Of a stretch of 64,000 nucleotides of DNA, positions 1-12,300 are shown piece by piece (the first letter of the stretch is position 1; each line of letters begins with the position of its first letter). Below the pieces are notes generated by a model, which worked only from the letters and a program-made list of their open reading frames with translations, ran no database searches and was not told the DNA's origin. Both the position numbers and the translations under genes were made by a program. Origin of the DNA: Cyanophora paradoxa CCMP329 (lineage: Eukaryota; Plantae; Glaucophyta); the NCBI GenBank assembly GCA_004431415.1, contig QPMI01000393.1, forward strand, positions 1 through 64,000, written 5' to 3'.

Positions 1-1319
1 ATCCGAAGATCTAGATGCAGAGAGCAGGGACTTAAGCATAAGCTTAAGCTTAAGAAGGCGCGCGGTGCACGTGGGCGGGCGAGCCGCCGGGCCGGCTCCG
101 AGGCTGGCCATGCCAGGCGAGCTGTCCTCGCGATCGAGGCGAGCTGTCCTCGAGAGGTAGGTAGGCCTCAGGGCCTAGCTATATAGGGCGCGGGCCCCGG
201 GGGCGGGGGATGGCTCGCAGATTGAACCTTGTATGGACGTGCTCGACCTCCTGCGCATGCCCCGCGCGCGGTCGTCGCGCGCGTGAGGCGTGGCGGGTGC
301 ACGAGTGCGCATGTGCTGCGGGTGCGTCACGGCGTGGCGCGAAGGCGCGCGGCGCCTAGGCCTAGGCCTAGGGGCTGGCGCGGCCGGCGCGCGCCTAGCT
401 ATAGGCCTCCGCGCGATCTGGGCGCGGGCGCGGGGACGCTGCTCAAGCTCACGCTCCGCTCAGAAAGCGGCCGGAGGGTCCGTAAGGGCGCTTGCGCAGC
501 GGGCCAGCTCATGATCAGCGGCTGCAGCAAGCATGCGCATCGCGCGCGCGCGCGGGGGGGGTCTGCGTCGCGCGCGCGCGGGGGCTCTTCGTCGCGCGGC
601 GCGCGCGCCGCGCGGGCGTCGGCTCGTTGCAAGTGGCATAGCCGGCCAAGTGCGGCCGGCTTGCGGCCGTCTTGTGCAATTGCGTCGGGGCGTGCGCGGT
701 TGGCGCGGCTAGCCGCTGAGCCACAGCAAACTGCCGCGCGCGCGAGAGGCGTAACCATTGTTGAGCCGAGCCGAGCTGCGGCGCCCGGGGGAGAAAGCGG
801 CCGGGGGGTACTTTAAGAGGTTTCTCAGGGTAAGTTCGCACTCTCCAATGTGATTGGCTAGCGCGCACGGCGTCCTCCCTCGCGACCGCGCTCGTGCCCG
901 GCCTCGTTCCTGCAGAACGGAATGTTAAGCATGATGCAAGCATTGACCTCGAACTGGTCTGGCCCGTATATCTGCTCCCTGTGCGTCGCTGGACCCATTT
1001 TTGTCCCGGGTGTTGGTGCCTGTTCCTGGATCACCCTTTGGTCGGACGGGACCGGGAGACACGGTTTCGGGGTCCCCTGGGGATGGGCTTTCAGGGTGTA
1101 CCGCGCGGCCCTGGTTTTGAGGAGGTCGGGGAAACGCGATTTGGGGTAGGGTTGGGCCCAAAGGAGAGGGACAGGGGAAGTGTTTTACCCTTCCCCAATT
1201 AATTGCAATTCTTCGATCTCACACGAAGTGAAGGCGCGGCCGCTGCAGCTATCGATGTCTATAGCTAAAGCTGGCACTATACCTGGCTAATCACAATAAC
1301 AATCAAGCTTGCTTGAGCC

Positions 1320-2456
1320 TCAGCCGAGCACGTCGTCGAGCCAGGCGTCCAGCGACTTCGCCTCCCCCGCCGCCCCGCCCGCCGCCGCGGCCGCAGTCGT
1401 CTGGGCGGCCTGGGCGGGCTGGGCGGGCTTGGGATTCGAGCTCGCCGTGAGCGGCGGGGCCGCGGCGGGCGCCTGCGCCATCGCAACGTGAGCCGGGCCA
1501 AGGCAGGAGAAGGGGCGGCTAGCGCTCGCCTGCGGGGCGGCGGGCGTCAAAGCGGACGGGGCGGGCCCCAGCAGCTCGTCGAGGAACGCGTCGTCGTCCT
1601 CCGCGGCCGCCACGCGCGGCGGAGGCGGCGGGGCCGAGGCGAGGACGGGGGCGGGGGCGGGGCGGTGGGCGTTGGGCGGGGCGGGGCGGGGGCTGCGGCG
1701 GGGGCGGAGGCCTGGGCCGTGGCGGGGGGGCGAGAAGCGGGTGCGGCGCTGGCGGGGGGTGAAGCGGGGGCGGCGGAGGTCGAGCGGGCGGGGGGTACAG
1801 AGACAGCAGGCGCGGGGGCGAAGGGAGGGGGCGCCTCGGAGGGCACGAGGTCCTCGGGGAGGCACTCGTGGGGCTCCAGGCGGAGGCGCTTCGCAAGGCT
1901 CAGGAAGCGCAGGTTACGGCCCACCGCCTCGTAGTCCAGGGCGATCGCAAGGGGCGCCGGGCGCCCTTCCTCCGGGGCGGCGTCCTGCGGGTCGGGGGCG
2001 CGCGAGTCGGCGGAGGCGGGGAATGACGGTGCGAGCGGATCGAGGATTTCGGCCGCACCCACTCCTTCTCGCCGCGGAAGCGCCAGAACGTCTCCGCGCC
2101 GCGGCTCTCGGCCTCCTCGGCGAGCTTCACCATGTCGCGGTCACCGCCCGCGCGCCCGCCGCGGGAGGAACCCGCCGCTCCCTCCGCGTCGTCGTCCGCC
2201 TCCTCGTATCGGTACGCGTTCGACGCCAGCCGCGGCCGGCGGGCCTCGGCGGCAGCGGCAGCAGTTGCCGCCGCATCTCCTCCCGCCGCCGCGGTCTTCT
2301 CTGCGCACGCGCCAGTCCAACGATCAGCGCCGACGACGCTCCAGAGGGCCGCGCGGCGCCGAGGGCGGTCTCCGCACGCTGGCCGAGCTTCTTGAACTTG
2401 TGGTAGGAGCTCGCGTGCGGGTGCGCCTTCCTGAACGCCAGGTTCGAGCGCCCCAT
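1320..2456 (-). CDS. Aven-like (cell death regulator Aven / plant CER16-like) protein, spliced
   Basis: Spliced translation MGRSNLAFRKAH...LASNAYRYEE...FWRFRGEKEW...LDYEAVGRNLRFLSLAKRLRL...SLDAWLDDVLG* matches the Aven pattern SNWxRY / FRFxxEKEW / LxxLPLxxRL / C-terminal LExWLD. Confidence 0.7.
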
Positions 2457-2601
2457 CGCCGCTGTGTGCCGAGGGGCCTACTTGGGCTCCGCGGTGCTCG
2501 GCGAGGAAAGTCGAAGTCGAAGCTTGGGGGTAGAGTCATCGCGAGCTCGCATCGACCTGCCACTCTCCTGGGACATCGGCGGAGCTTCATTCGCACGAGA
2601 C

Positions 2602-4450
2602 ATGGCCCCGTACACGGCGGAGGCGTACGCGCGCGCGATCCGGGAGGAGCAGCTGAGGCAGGCAGCGACAGTCTTCGCCGCCATCTTCGACCCGTCCGGC
2701 GAGTACCTCGTGTGCGCGGACTCGCTCGGGAGGATCGTCGTGTGGTCCTTGAATGACCTCATCGTGCGCCGCCGCCGCCCGCGCCGCCGCATCGGCCGAC
2801 CGCCGATCCCCGCGCCCGCAGCACACGAACTGGCACGTCACTGGGCAAAGGTGCGCTTAGCTCCGCGAGTCTGTCGCCGCTCAAAGGCCCCAGACGCCCG
2901 CGCGAAGCTCGCCTCACCTTCGTCGTCGCTGCAGCCCGCCCCGGCCGCTGGCGAGCTTCCGGGCGCACGAGTGCGGCATCTACTGCGCGACATTCTACCC
3001 TGGGAGCCCCTCGCCGCGGCTCATCACGTGGGCTCCCGGCCGCTCCCCTCCTCCGGCTCCCGGCCCCGCTCACAGCCCGCCCTCAGCGGGTCGGACGAGG
3101 ACATTCGCGTGTGGGACTTCCAGAGCATCGTCCACTGGGGCCGCGCGGCCGCGCAGGGCTCCGGTGCGCCGCTCCGCGCCGGCTCGCCACCGGAACCCGC
3201 GATCCCGCTCACTGAGTCACCGGCGCGTCGCAGCGCCCAGCCCGCTGGCGACGATCGAGAACCCGCGGGCGACCAGCAGCCGCGGCGCGCAGGGCCCCCG
3301 CAGCGAGACGAACGGACTCGCCATAGACGCCTCGGTGCGCGCCGCCCGCCGCGCTCAGATCACTCGCCGGCCCCGTGCCGAGCCGAGCCGAGCCGGGCCG
3401 GGCCCCGGGGCCGCCGCACCTGCAGGCCGGGCTGTTCTTCTCTGCCGCGGGCGACGGGAACGCGTACGGGTGGGACGCGGAACGCTGCCAGCTGGTCGCG
3501 GAGTTCCGAGGGCACAGGTCAGCCGCTTTCGCATCGCTCGAGCTCCGCCCGCCCCGCCCGCGCTCCGCCCCTCCGACCGCCCGGCCGCCGCAGGAACTAC
3601 CTGCACTGCGTAGCCGCCCGGCCGCGCTACGGCCAGATCCTCACAGGCTCTGAGGACGGCACCGTCCGCCTGTGGGGTACGCGATTGTTCGGAGTAAACT
3701 ACTCTACCCCCCACCCGCCCGCCTTGAGCTCGCCCTGCAGACGCCCGCCGCGGCGGCAACGCCGGCTGCATCGCCGTTCTCGACCCCGCCAAGGGCGCCA
3801 CAGGTACCCCCTTTCTTCGATGTAGCCCCGCCTTTCACTCCTCACTGTACCCCAGCCGAGAGCGGCGCGCCCAAGGGCGGCCCGTGGGTCGGCTGCGTCG
3901 CCGTGGATCCCGCCGAGAGCTTCCTGGCGCGCCAGTACCCCCCCCCCGCCCGCGACCTGTCCCGCGGGGGTACAGCCTCTTACCTTCCCGCAGGTCTGCG
4001 GCGGGGGCTCCTCCTCCATCTCTATCATCCACCTCGGGCCCGCGGGCCACATGCCCCTCGTGGCCTCTACCCCCACCGCCGGCGCCCCCCAGTGCCTCTC
4101 CTTCGCCGACGAGCAGGCGCGTACCCCGTACCCCGTCCCTCTTCTCCCCGCCCCGCCCCTTCTGAAGAAGTCGCGCCTTCCAGATCCTGGTCGGTGGCAG
4201 CGGCGGCCGCGTCGAGCGCTTCACGGCGCGAGGCGCCCCGAGCCTCTCCCTCCGCGCCTCCGCCCCCTCCGTCTTCGCCGCCACTCTGAACGAGGCCGGG
4301 CCCCCCGGCAACCGGGTACCCCCCTCTCTCCCCCTCCCTCCCTCCCACCTTAAGCTTTCTTCACCGCAGGTTCTGGTCGCCGGGGGCAGCCTGCCCGTCG
4401 TGGACGTCTTCTCGGGCCTCGGAAGCAGGATGTTCTCCGTCTCGTGCTAG
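2602..4450 (+). CDS. THOC6: WD40 protein, THO complex subunit 6-like, multi-exon
   Basis: Exons encode EAYARAIREEQLRQAATVF, SGSDEDIRVWDF, ETNGLAID, AAGDGNAYGWD, FRGH/NYLHCVAAR..QILTGSEDGTVRLW and WVGCVAVDPAESFL/VCGGG, in the motif order of THOC6. Confidence 0.8.
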
Positions 4451-4794
4451 CGCTAGCGATATCGATATCGATAGCCGTGTTTGTAAGTTGTAAGTGCCAA
4501 GGTGCATCCACGATATGCGCATGCGCTGTTTGCAATTGGGTCCGGTGATGCGGCCGCATGCGCATGACACTGCGGCCGCGGGCATGCGCATGCTTTTTTA
4601 CATTTATGTATTTACATTGCATACTAGTACTTGCAATTGCGCATGTAAACTAGAGCGAAAAATGCCAGCAGCTTTCCCCTGCAAGGGAGGGGACGCCTGC
4701 AACTTAAGCTATCTGGGATGCAAATTAAGGGGTACGGTGAGGTTGAGAGTTGGATAGAGTTTGGGGGATAGCTCGAGCTCGAGCCTATATATAT

Positions 4795-6487
4795 CTAACT
4801 GCGGGCGCGCTGCGGCGAGAAGGCCCCGGAGGGGGCGAGCGGCGGGGCCGGCGGCTGCATCTGGTAGCCGCCGAAGGCCGCGGGGGAGGAGGCCGTGGCG
4901 GCGGGGTACAGGGAGCTGGAAGGGGCGTGCTGGAGGTCGCCGTCCTCGAGGCGGGCGGAGAGGGGCAGTTCCGACTCGTGCAGGAACCGAACCCGCTCCC
5001 GCCCCATCCGCAGCTCCATCCGCTCCTGGAGGGGGGGTACGCGTACGTATCAGCGGGGTACGGCGGCCCTGGACCGGAGGGGTACGGGTACGCACCAGGT
5101 CGATGGTCATGCGGAACTTCATGAGGAGGTCCAGGCCTGCGGGGGCGGAGGGGGCGGGGGTTACGCGATCGGAAAGGGGGGTACGCGGTCAAGGGAATCG
5201 GGAGGGGTACCGAAGAGGAGGTCGATGGATGGATCCTCAAGGATCGTGAAGGAGGCGGGCAGGATCGTCTCTCCGAACTGGGTACAGCAATGAGGAAAGT
5301 CAGACGGGGTACAACACAAGTAAAGCGCAAGGAGAGGGGGGTACGCGCCTTCAGGTCGGAGAGGTGGACCTTGCCGATGATGCGCGCCATGCCCTGTGGG
5401 GGGTATGCAGTGAGGGGGCTGCGGGGCCTCGTCGAGGACGGGTACAGGCGCGCACGACGCCGCGAGCGACCCCTTGGAACCGGTTGTCGATCAGGCGGGC
5501 GAGTCTGCGCCGGGGCGGGTCGGAGGGCTCAGAGGAGGGACGGGCGTCCGAACGGAGAGCGAGAGGAGAGCCGCGGGGCCGCCCGCCCGCCCGCTCGCCG
5601 CGGCGCACCCGCAGCGCTGGGCGCAGGGAAGGGACATAACCGACGTCTGCGCTCCCGTATCCACAAAGGCCTTCACCGGCGTCCCGTTGACCCTCACGTC
5701 TATGTACAGCCTGCGGGCAAAGTCGCTCCGCGGGGGCGGGGATCAAAGCTGGGAGCAGGCGGCGCACATGTTCAGCTTCACAAAAGACTCCGGAGAGACT
5801 TCGTACGCCGCCTCAAGGTTCGCGTCTGCGGGCGGCCGCGCGGCCGATTCGCGTCAGCTCCCGGAATCGATCCGTGCGCGCGTGCACGTGCGGCGCGGCG
5901 CGGCGTGCTCGCCTATGTTCCGGCGGCGGATTTCCTCCTCTATCCTCCGCTGCGCCGCGAGCTCCTCGGGGCTGATGTCGATGCTGGGCGCCCGCGAGAT
6001 CTGCGGCTGCTGCTGAAGCGGCGGCGCGCGCTGCTGCATGAAGGGAGACGCCGGCTGTCCATACGGCGGCCCGTACGGCTGCTGCTGGGGAGGAGGCTGC
6101 GGCGCCCTTGCGGGGCTGCCCATGAAGCCGGGGCCGAAGCCGAACGGGCCCGCTCCGAGGGGAGAGCTCATCAGCCCCTGCAAGCGCGGGTCAGCGAGGC
6201 GCGCGCGGGGTGCCATCGCGCGCTCAATTTCATGCCCCGCCGACCCCCTCCGCTTCGACCGGACCGACTAGCACACCGCCGCGGCCGGCGGTCAAGGGAC
6301 CGACCTGGCTGGGAAACGTGTTGTGCGTGAGCTTCGCTGCAAGCGCTGCGTCCTCCTCCTCCTGCACAGCCCTTGCGAGCGCCTCGTCTGTCGTCTCATG
6401 CGCCGGCATGCTGCTGGGGCCGCCGTTCTGCGATCTGCTGCGGTCGCGGTCGGATCTGGAGCTGCCGCCGAGGAACCCGAACACCAT
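4795..6487 (-). CDS. DDI1: DDI1-like retroviral-type aspartyl protease, multi-exon
   Basis: [84 protein letters not shown]: the DDI1 RVP domain with catalytic DTG. Confidence 0.85.
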
Positions 6488-6598
6488 GGCGTCAACCGAC
6501 GTCAAGCTGCGCTTTTCACATGCACCAGACGACTCGAGAAAGTTCTCCTCCAGCTAATAAGCTCCGGTACCCGTCACGCGTTCAACCCCGGGTCGACG

Positions 6599-7096
6599 AT
6601 GTTCCGCGCTGCGAGGAGAGTGCTCGCGGCGGCGGCAGACGCTGCGGCGGCACCGGCCGCACGCCCGCCGAAAGCCTGGACGGGTCCGCCCCGCTTCGCC
6701 GCGCTCGTCTTGCCGGCCTCCACCGCTGACGCCTGCTCGCCTACGCAGAGGAGGAGGTGATTAAACAGATCTTCAAGAGCTCGGGGAAGCTCGGCCAATC
6801 GTCGGTCTCCAAGTTCACCAGCGTCGAGGAGCTCCTGAAGTGCGATACATTCGCGCTGAAGGTGCGGCACTCCTCAGAAGCGCCGAAGCGCTGCGACCGG
6901 GGTGCTGACGCGCCCTCCGCGCCCGCAGGAGAAGGGCGTGCCGCCGAAGGTGCGCAAGGCGGTCCTGGCCAAGATGCACAGCATGCGGACGCGGCTAGCC
7001 GTCGCGAACGAGAAGGGGATCCCCATCAACCCGCGGCCGCTCCCCTCCGCAGCAGCCGAGGGCGCAGCCGCGCCGGCAGAAGGGGCGAGCGCGTAG
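6599..7096 (+). CDS. Mitochondrial IGR-domain protein (mS41/Fyv4-like), 3 exons
   Basis: N-terminus MFRAARRVLAAA looks like a mitochondrial presequence. The core KFTSVEELLKCDTFALK/EKGVPPKVRKAVL resembles the IGR/SAM-like mS41 motif. Confidence 0.6.
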
Positions 7097-7574
7097 GCAG
7101 GTGCTAGATGCGTCAGGGCTTCGTTGTACTATAGGAATTCATCACGATAGCTTCATCTCTCGATCGTTTGCGCGGGGGAGAAGCCGCCGCGTGTTAATCG
7201 GTCTCTCGCGTCAAGCGGCTGGGGCAGGCCCGGGGCAGCCCACCCTTGAGCTCCCAACCGCTGGAGTTCCTTGCATACTGCCCCCCGTACCGTTATCATT
7301 CCCCTCTCTTCATGGGAGAAGATAGCTAAAGGCGCCCCGCCCAACCTTCAAGCCGGACCCGGCCCCCCATCCGCCCCGCATGCTGCTATAAGGAGCACTC
7401 GCAAATCAAATTGAAACAGGCACGCGCTTAATCTCGGGAGTCTCGCCCGAGCTGGCACCCGACCGACCGCGCACGCGCACGCGCACACACGCGGGGGGAG
7501 CCGCCGGGCGTCTAGATCTAGATCTGTACATGGCTAAGGGGGCCGAGGCCAGGCCCAAGGCCTAGGCCTAAGGC

Positions 7575-9105
7575 CTACAGCTCGGCGGTGATGACGGAGG
7601 CGCCGAAGGAGGAGTAGTAGAGGGCGGCGAGGAGGACGGCGAAGGGCACCGCGACGGCCCACGACGAGGGGTCCAGGAACGCGTCCCGTACCCGGTGGTA
7701 CGGGCACGCCGACTGCGCCTTCGCCCCCGCTTCGGAGGCCGCCTTCCCGTTCCCGTTCGACGCGGCGGCGGCGGCCGCCGCCTCCGCCGCCTCGCCCGTC
7801 GCCTTGCCGCCCTTCTTCGCGTGGAAACGAACCGAGAGCACCGTCCCGTTCTGCGGCGGGGCGTGAGCCAGCGCAGAGGGAGGGAAGCGGGGGGGGGGGG
7901 GGTCAGGGGTACGACGGCACCCTCAGGTTGAAGGAGCAGAGCTTGGCCTCCGGGGGGAAAAGGACCTTGTTCTCCTCCGTGACGAGGAAGAAATCCGCGG
8001 CGCGCGTCTTGTCCGGCAGCGGGATCGACTGGCGGCCCTCACGTGAACCGGCGCGACGCGAAGAGAGGGGGGCGGAGGGGATGGGGGGTACTCCAAAACG
8101 CACGGGGTTAGACATGATGATCTGCTTGAAGGAGTGTACGTCGATTTCGGAGGGGACGGGCCCCATCTCGCAAAGGTCCTCCTCGCCCGGAAGCGCCAGC
8201 CGCACCGACACGTCTGCGCACGGCGGTGAGACGCTTCGGCGGCGCGCGGGGCGGATGCGGAGTGCGCCCACCCGGCTGCTTGTGCCGCACCTGCAGCGGG
8301 CGCGCGCGAGGGCGCGAGGTTAGCGGTGCGCTGGAAAGGCGAGGGATCGGGACGCGCGCACGATGAGCCGCGTGCCGTGCTCGAGACCGAGATTTGCCAG
8401 CTTGGCGTTCTGCTCGCAGGCGTCGGGCGCGCCCGGGGCTCTCGGAGCGAGCGAGCGAGCGAGCGAGCGAGCGCACGGCCGGATAAGGTTGCGGTGCGCC
8501 GTCCTTCGTCACTGTGATCTCGTGCAGCGGCGTATCCTTTGGGATTGCGGTGACGGCGTTGCTCGTCATGAGCAGCTGCACCAGGTCCTCCACCGCGAGG
8601 AAAGTCGGCACCTGCGACCCCCTCTCCGCTCCAGGCCGCACGCGGCCGAGGCGGGAAGGCGCGAACGTTCTTCATGTCTATGTCCTTCTCCTGCCCCTCG
8701 ACGGCGGCGAAGAGAGTAAGACCACCCGTCTCTGCGGGGAGGACGTCAGCTCTTGACGACGGCGGCTTAACTCTAGACGTGTGCCGCCGGAGCGTCCTAG
8801 CGAACACCGAGCTCCTCATGCACGTACTCATAACGGGGCAGCTGCATGCGGCGGGTCAGCGGCGGCTGGGGCCCAAGAGCGAGCATGCGAACCACGACTG
8901 CGGCTCATCCTCCTCGTCGTAGCCGGCGGGGCCGTCCTCGGCGTGTGCTGCAGGCGCCCCGGAGGACACTCCACTAACGGGGCACTTGCTGCTCGCGGGG
9001 CCTCAGCGGGGCGGCGGGCGGCAAGCAAGCAGTCACGGCGACACGGCGGGGGGTTGGAGCCGCGAACCTGCCCTTCGAGACGAGTCCAGCGAAGGGGCAC
9101 GCCAT
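7575..9105 (-). CDS. Uncharacterised tail-anchored protein with two ubiquitin-like domains and four Cys-Pro motifs
   Basis: Spliced model MACPF..SKCPVSG..CCPVMK.. followed by two beta-grasp-like repeats (ending ANLGLEHGTRLI.. and LCSFNLR/NGTVLSVR), then SACPYH and a C-terminal hydrophobic helix WAVAVPFAVLLAALYY. Confidence 0.6.
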
Positions 9106-9357
9106 CTCGAACGCTGCTCCGGGTCGTCCGCCGGAGCAAGGTACTTTAGAGACTGTACCCTTGACTTGGGCAGTCTACCGGCACAGGGGAGCGTCGGCGT
9201 ACTTGTCCTAGCACTCTAGTTCTAAGCTCCAGCTCGCTCTGGTATCCAACAGCTCTCCGCCCGGTTGCCCTGGTTCGAACCGCGGTTGCACCCCTCCAAG
9301 CTCGCAGCTTCGCTGCGCATACAATCAGCAGCAGACAGTGCTGCGCAAGGCTGCGGC

Positions 9358-12300
9358 ATGATGTTCAGCCTAGATGGACTGCGGTCCTTCCTTCCCTTCA
9401 ACGACAGGTACGCTCCCGCGCCCCTACGCGCAGCGCCCCCACGCGCACTCTAGAGGGCACGGGATTCCTCATGTCATCAATCCCGATGACGCGTGGGCCC
9501 GGCTTCGCTCCTTGAGGGAGCACGTTGGGCCCTAACGTCCCCCGCGCCCCGCCGTAAGCGCGCACCATGGGGCGCGTATGCGAAATCCGGACGCTGTAGT
9601 TTTGATTAGCGATTGTAAGAACGCTGGGGCGTACGCCCGGGCGCACGCGCCCGCTCGGAGGGGGCTTGACGCTTGCCCCGCAGCGCCCCGCCAGCCGCGG
9701 GATCGATAGAGGCCATTCTCAAGGCGGAGAAGGTTCTCCTGGACCGCGTGAAGAGCAACCTGCAAAGCGTGCACGTCCGCGTGGGAAACTACTGGATCTA
9801 CACGCTCGTCGTCACGGGTGCGCACGTTCCTTTTTGGCAGCCCGCGGCTCGCTTGCGGGGCTTGTGTACCTTAGCTAAGCTTGATATTGAACCCGACGGT
9901 TGTTTTCGGACCCTCATTCCCCGCTCCGCAGCGCCAGGGAGCGCGCCCGGGGACAAGCCGCCCATCCTGTTGCTCCACGGACACTCTTCCGGCGCGGCGA
10001 TGTGGTTCACGATCTTCGATAAGCTCGTGGAACACTACACCGTGTACGCGATCGACATGCTCGGCTGGGTGCGCGGCTTCTTCGGGCCCCTGCCTTCCCT
10101 TCCTTTCCGCCCACTTCCCGCCTCGAACCCGCGCTTTCGTTCCAGGGGCGGAGCAGCCGCCCGGCGTTCACGGGCGAGACCGGCGAGGACGCCGTGACGT
10201 GGTGGCTCGACAGCATCGACGCATGGCGGAAAAGCCTGAACCTGGGCAAGGTGCCGCCGCCTCCTTGCCGCCCCGCGCGGCCGGCGTACTCGCGCGCCCA
10301 CGCCCGTCCGTCCCCCCGCTTAGATCACTGTGGTCGGCCACTCGCTCGGCGGCCTCATCGCCACGCGCTACGCCGTGAAGTATCCCGAGGTGAGGACGGG
10401 CCAGCCAGCCACCTATCCCCGAGCCTTTCTTTCTCTTGTTTCTGACGCCCCGCTCGCCCGCCCGCCCGCCCAGGTTGTGATCCGGCTGATCCTGATCGCG
10501 TGCGGGGGCATCCTGCACACCACGGGGCCCTACTCGTGGTACTGGGCGGTGCGCCGCGCCCGCCCGACCTGTGGCCTGTGGCACGGCCTGTGGCGCGGGT
10601 TCCCCGCGGGTTCCCGGGTTCCCCTAGGCTGCTCCCGGGTCCCGTGGCCCGTGCCCCGGGGTCCCCGCGGAGGAGGGATTAGATGTCCCCCCGCCTGACC
10701 GCCGGCCCCTGACTGACTCTCGGCTCCGCCGCGACCGCAGCTCTTCTTCTACTACAGCTTCCCGCAGACGTTCGCGCGCTCGATGCGGGACCTCGGCCTC
10801 CGCCTCTTCCGCGAGTTCGCCATGCGCAAGTTCCGCGACTCGTGCGCGCCCGTGGCGGCCCCGGGGCCCCTAACCGAGGCCCCGAGGCCCGCTTAGCGTA
10901 GCTTATATTTAGTTCCGCGGGGCGGGGCGGGGCGGGCCGGAGCCCCTCGCTCAGCTCAGCTGTTCTGACATTCCGTCCTTCTGACCGCTTCTGACCTTCT
11001 TCTGGCCTGGCAGGTGGGAGCTGAACGAGTACCAGTTCCAGCTGGCGGCGCAGTCCGGGCCCTCCGGCGAGTACGCCATCACCAAGGTGCGCGCCGGCGT
11101 GGGCGCCCCCGGCCGGGCCGGGCGGGGCGGGGCCGGGCGTGGCGGGGCGGAGCGGGGCGGAGTGAAGCCGGGGCTTGGCCGATTGATAGACAGCCGCGGG
11201 GCCGGCCCTCCCGGCCCAGCGGAGGCGGAGCGGAGCGGGGCATGGAGCCTGGGACGGGGGCTAGGCTGAGAGCGCAGGCCCCCTGCGAATCCTGGGGGCC
11301 GGCCCCTCCCAAGCTGCCGCCCAGCGGAGCCCTCGCTGACGCCGCCCCTCCCCGCCCGGCCCCGCCCCTTGGGCAGATGATGACCTTCTGCAACGGGGGC
11401 ACCTCGGCCTACTTCAACGTGCCCCTCATCGCCCACCTCCACAAGGTCGGACCCGGCCCCGGCCCCCAGCGTCGGCCCCCCGAAGAAACGCCGCTGACGC
11501 GGGTGGGTTGCGTGGGGGCAGCTGACGATGCCGGTGACGCTCGTGTGGGGCGCCGAGGACCCCCTCATCCCCCTCAAGGTGCGGGGGGGGCGGGGGCGAG
11601 GGCGGGGCTCGGCCCGGCCCGGCGGCCCGGCCCGCGGCGGCATCTAATCTAGAATCCCATCTGCCCGGCTGAGCTCCCCGCCCCTCACCCGCCCCTCTCT
11701 TCGCCCCGCGCAGTTCGCGATGGTGGCGCTGCGGCGGACGCGGAGCGCGCGGCTCTACGTCGTGCGCCGCGCCGACCACGGCGTCGTCTCTACGCACCCC
11801 GACGAGGCGAGCAAGCCTGCGAGCGGGCGAGGGGGAGAGGTTCTAGATGATGCTAGATCCTACGAGCGGGCGAGCCTGCGAGCGGGCGAGGGGGAGAGAG
11901 GGAGGGGGAGAGGGAGGGAGGGAGAGGGAGAGGTATAGATCCTACGTGGCGCTAGGAAGTCTCCACCCACCCCGACGAGGCGAGCCAGCCAGCGGGCGAG
12001 GGGCAGAGAGGGAGGGGGAGAGGGAGGGGGAGAGAGGGAGAGGTATAGATCCTACGTGGCGCTAGGAAGTCTCCACCCACCCCGACGAGGCGAGCCTGCG
12101 AGCGGGCGCGCGAGAGAGGTTCTAGATGATGCTAGATCCTACGAGGCATTTGCGCGGCGCTAGGCGAGCCAGCGCGGGGAGGGCGGCGCGGGGCGCGTCT
12201 AGCGGGGCGGCGCCTGGATTCCTAGATCATCCAGAGCCCCAGAAGAGGGCGGGAAGGGCGGCATCCGGGCGGGGCCCGAGGCCGCGCTGATCGGCGCGCG

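Noticed and set aside
1-1270. Gene or RNA gene at the window start
   Set aside because: No recognisable protein motifs or tRNA/rRNA structure; only GC-rich palindromic stutter.
5350-5720. LTR retrotransposon protease
   Set aside because: It is intron-containing, has DDI1-specific flanking motifs, and has no RT, gag or LTRs.
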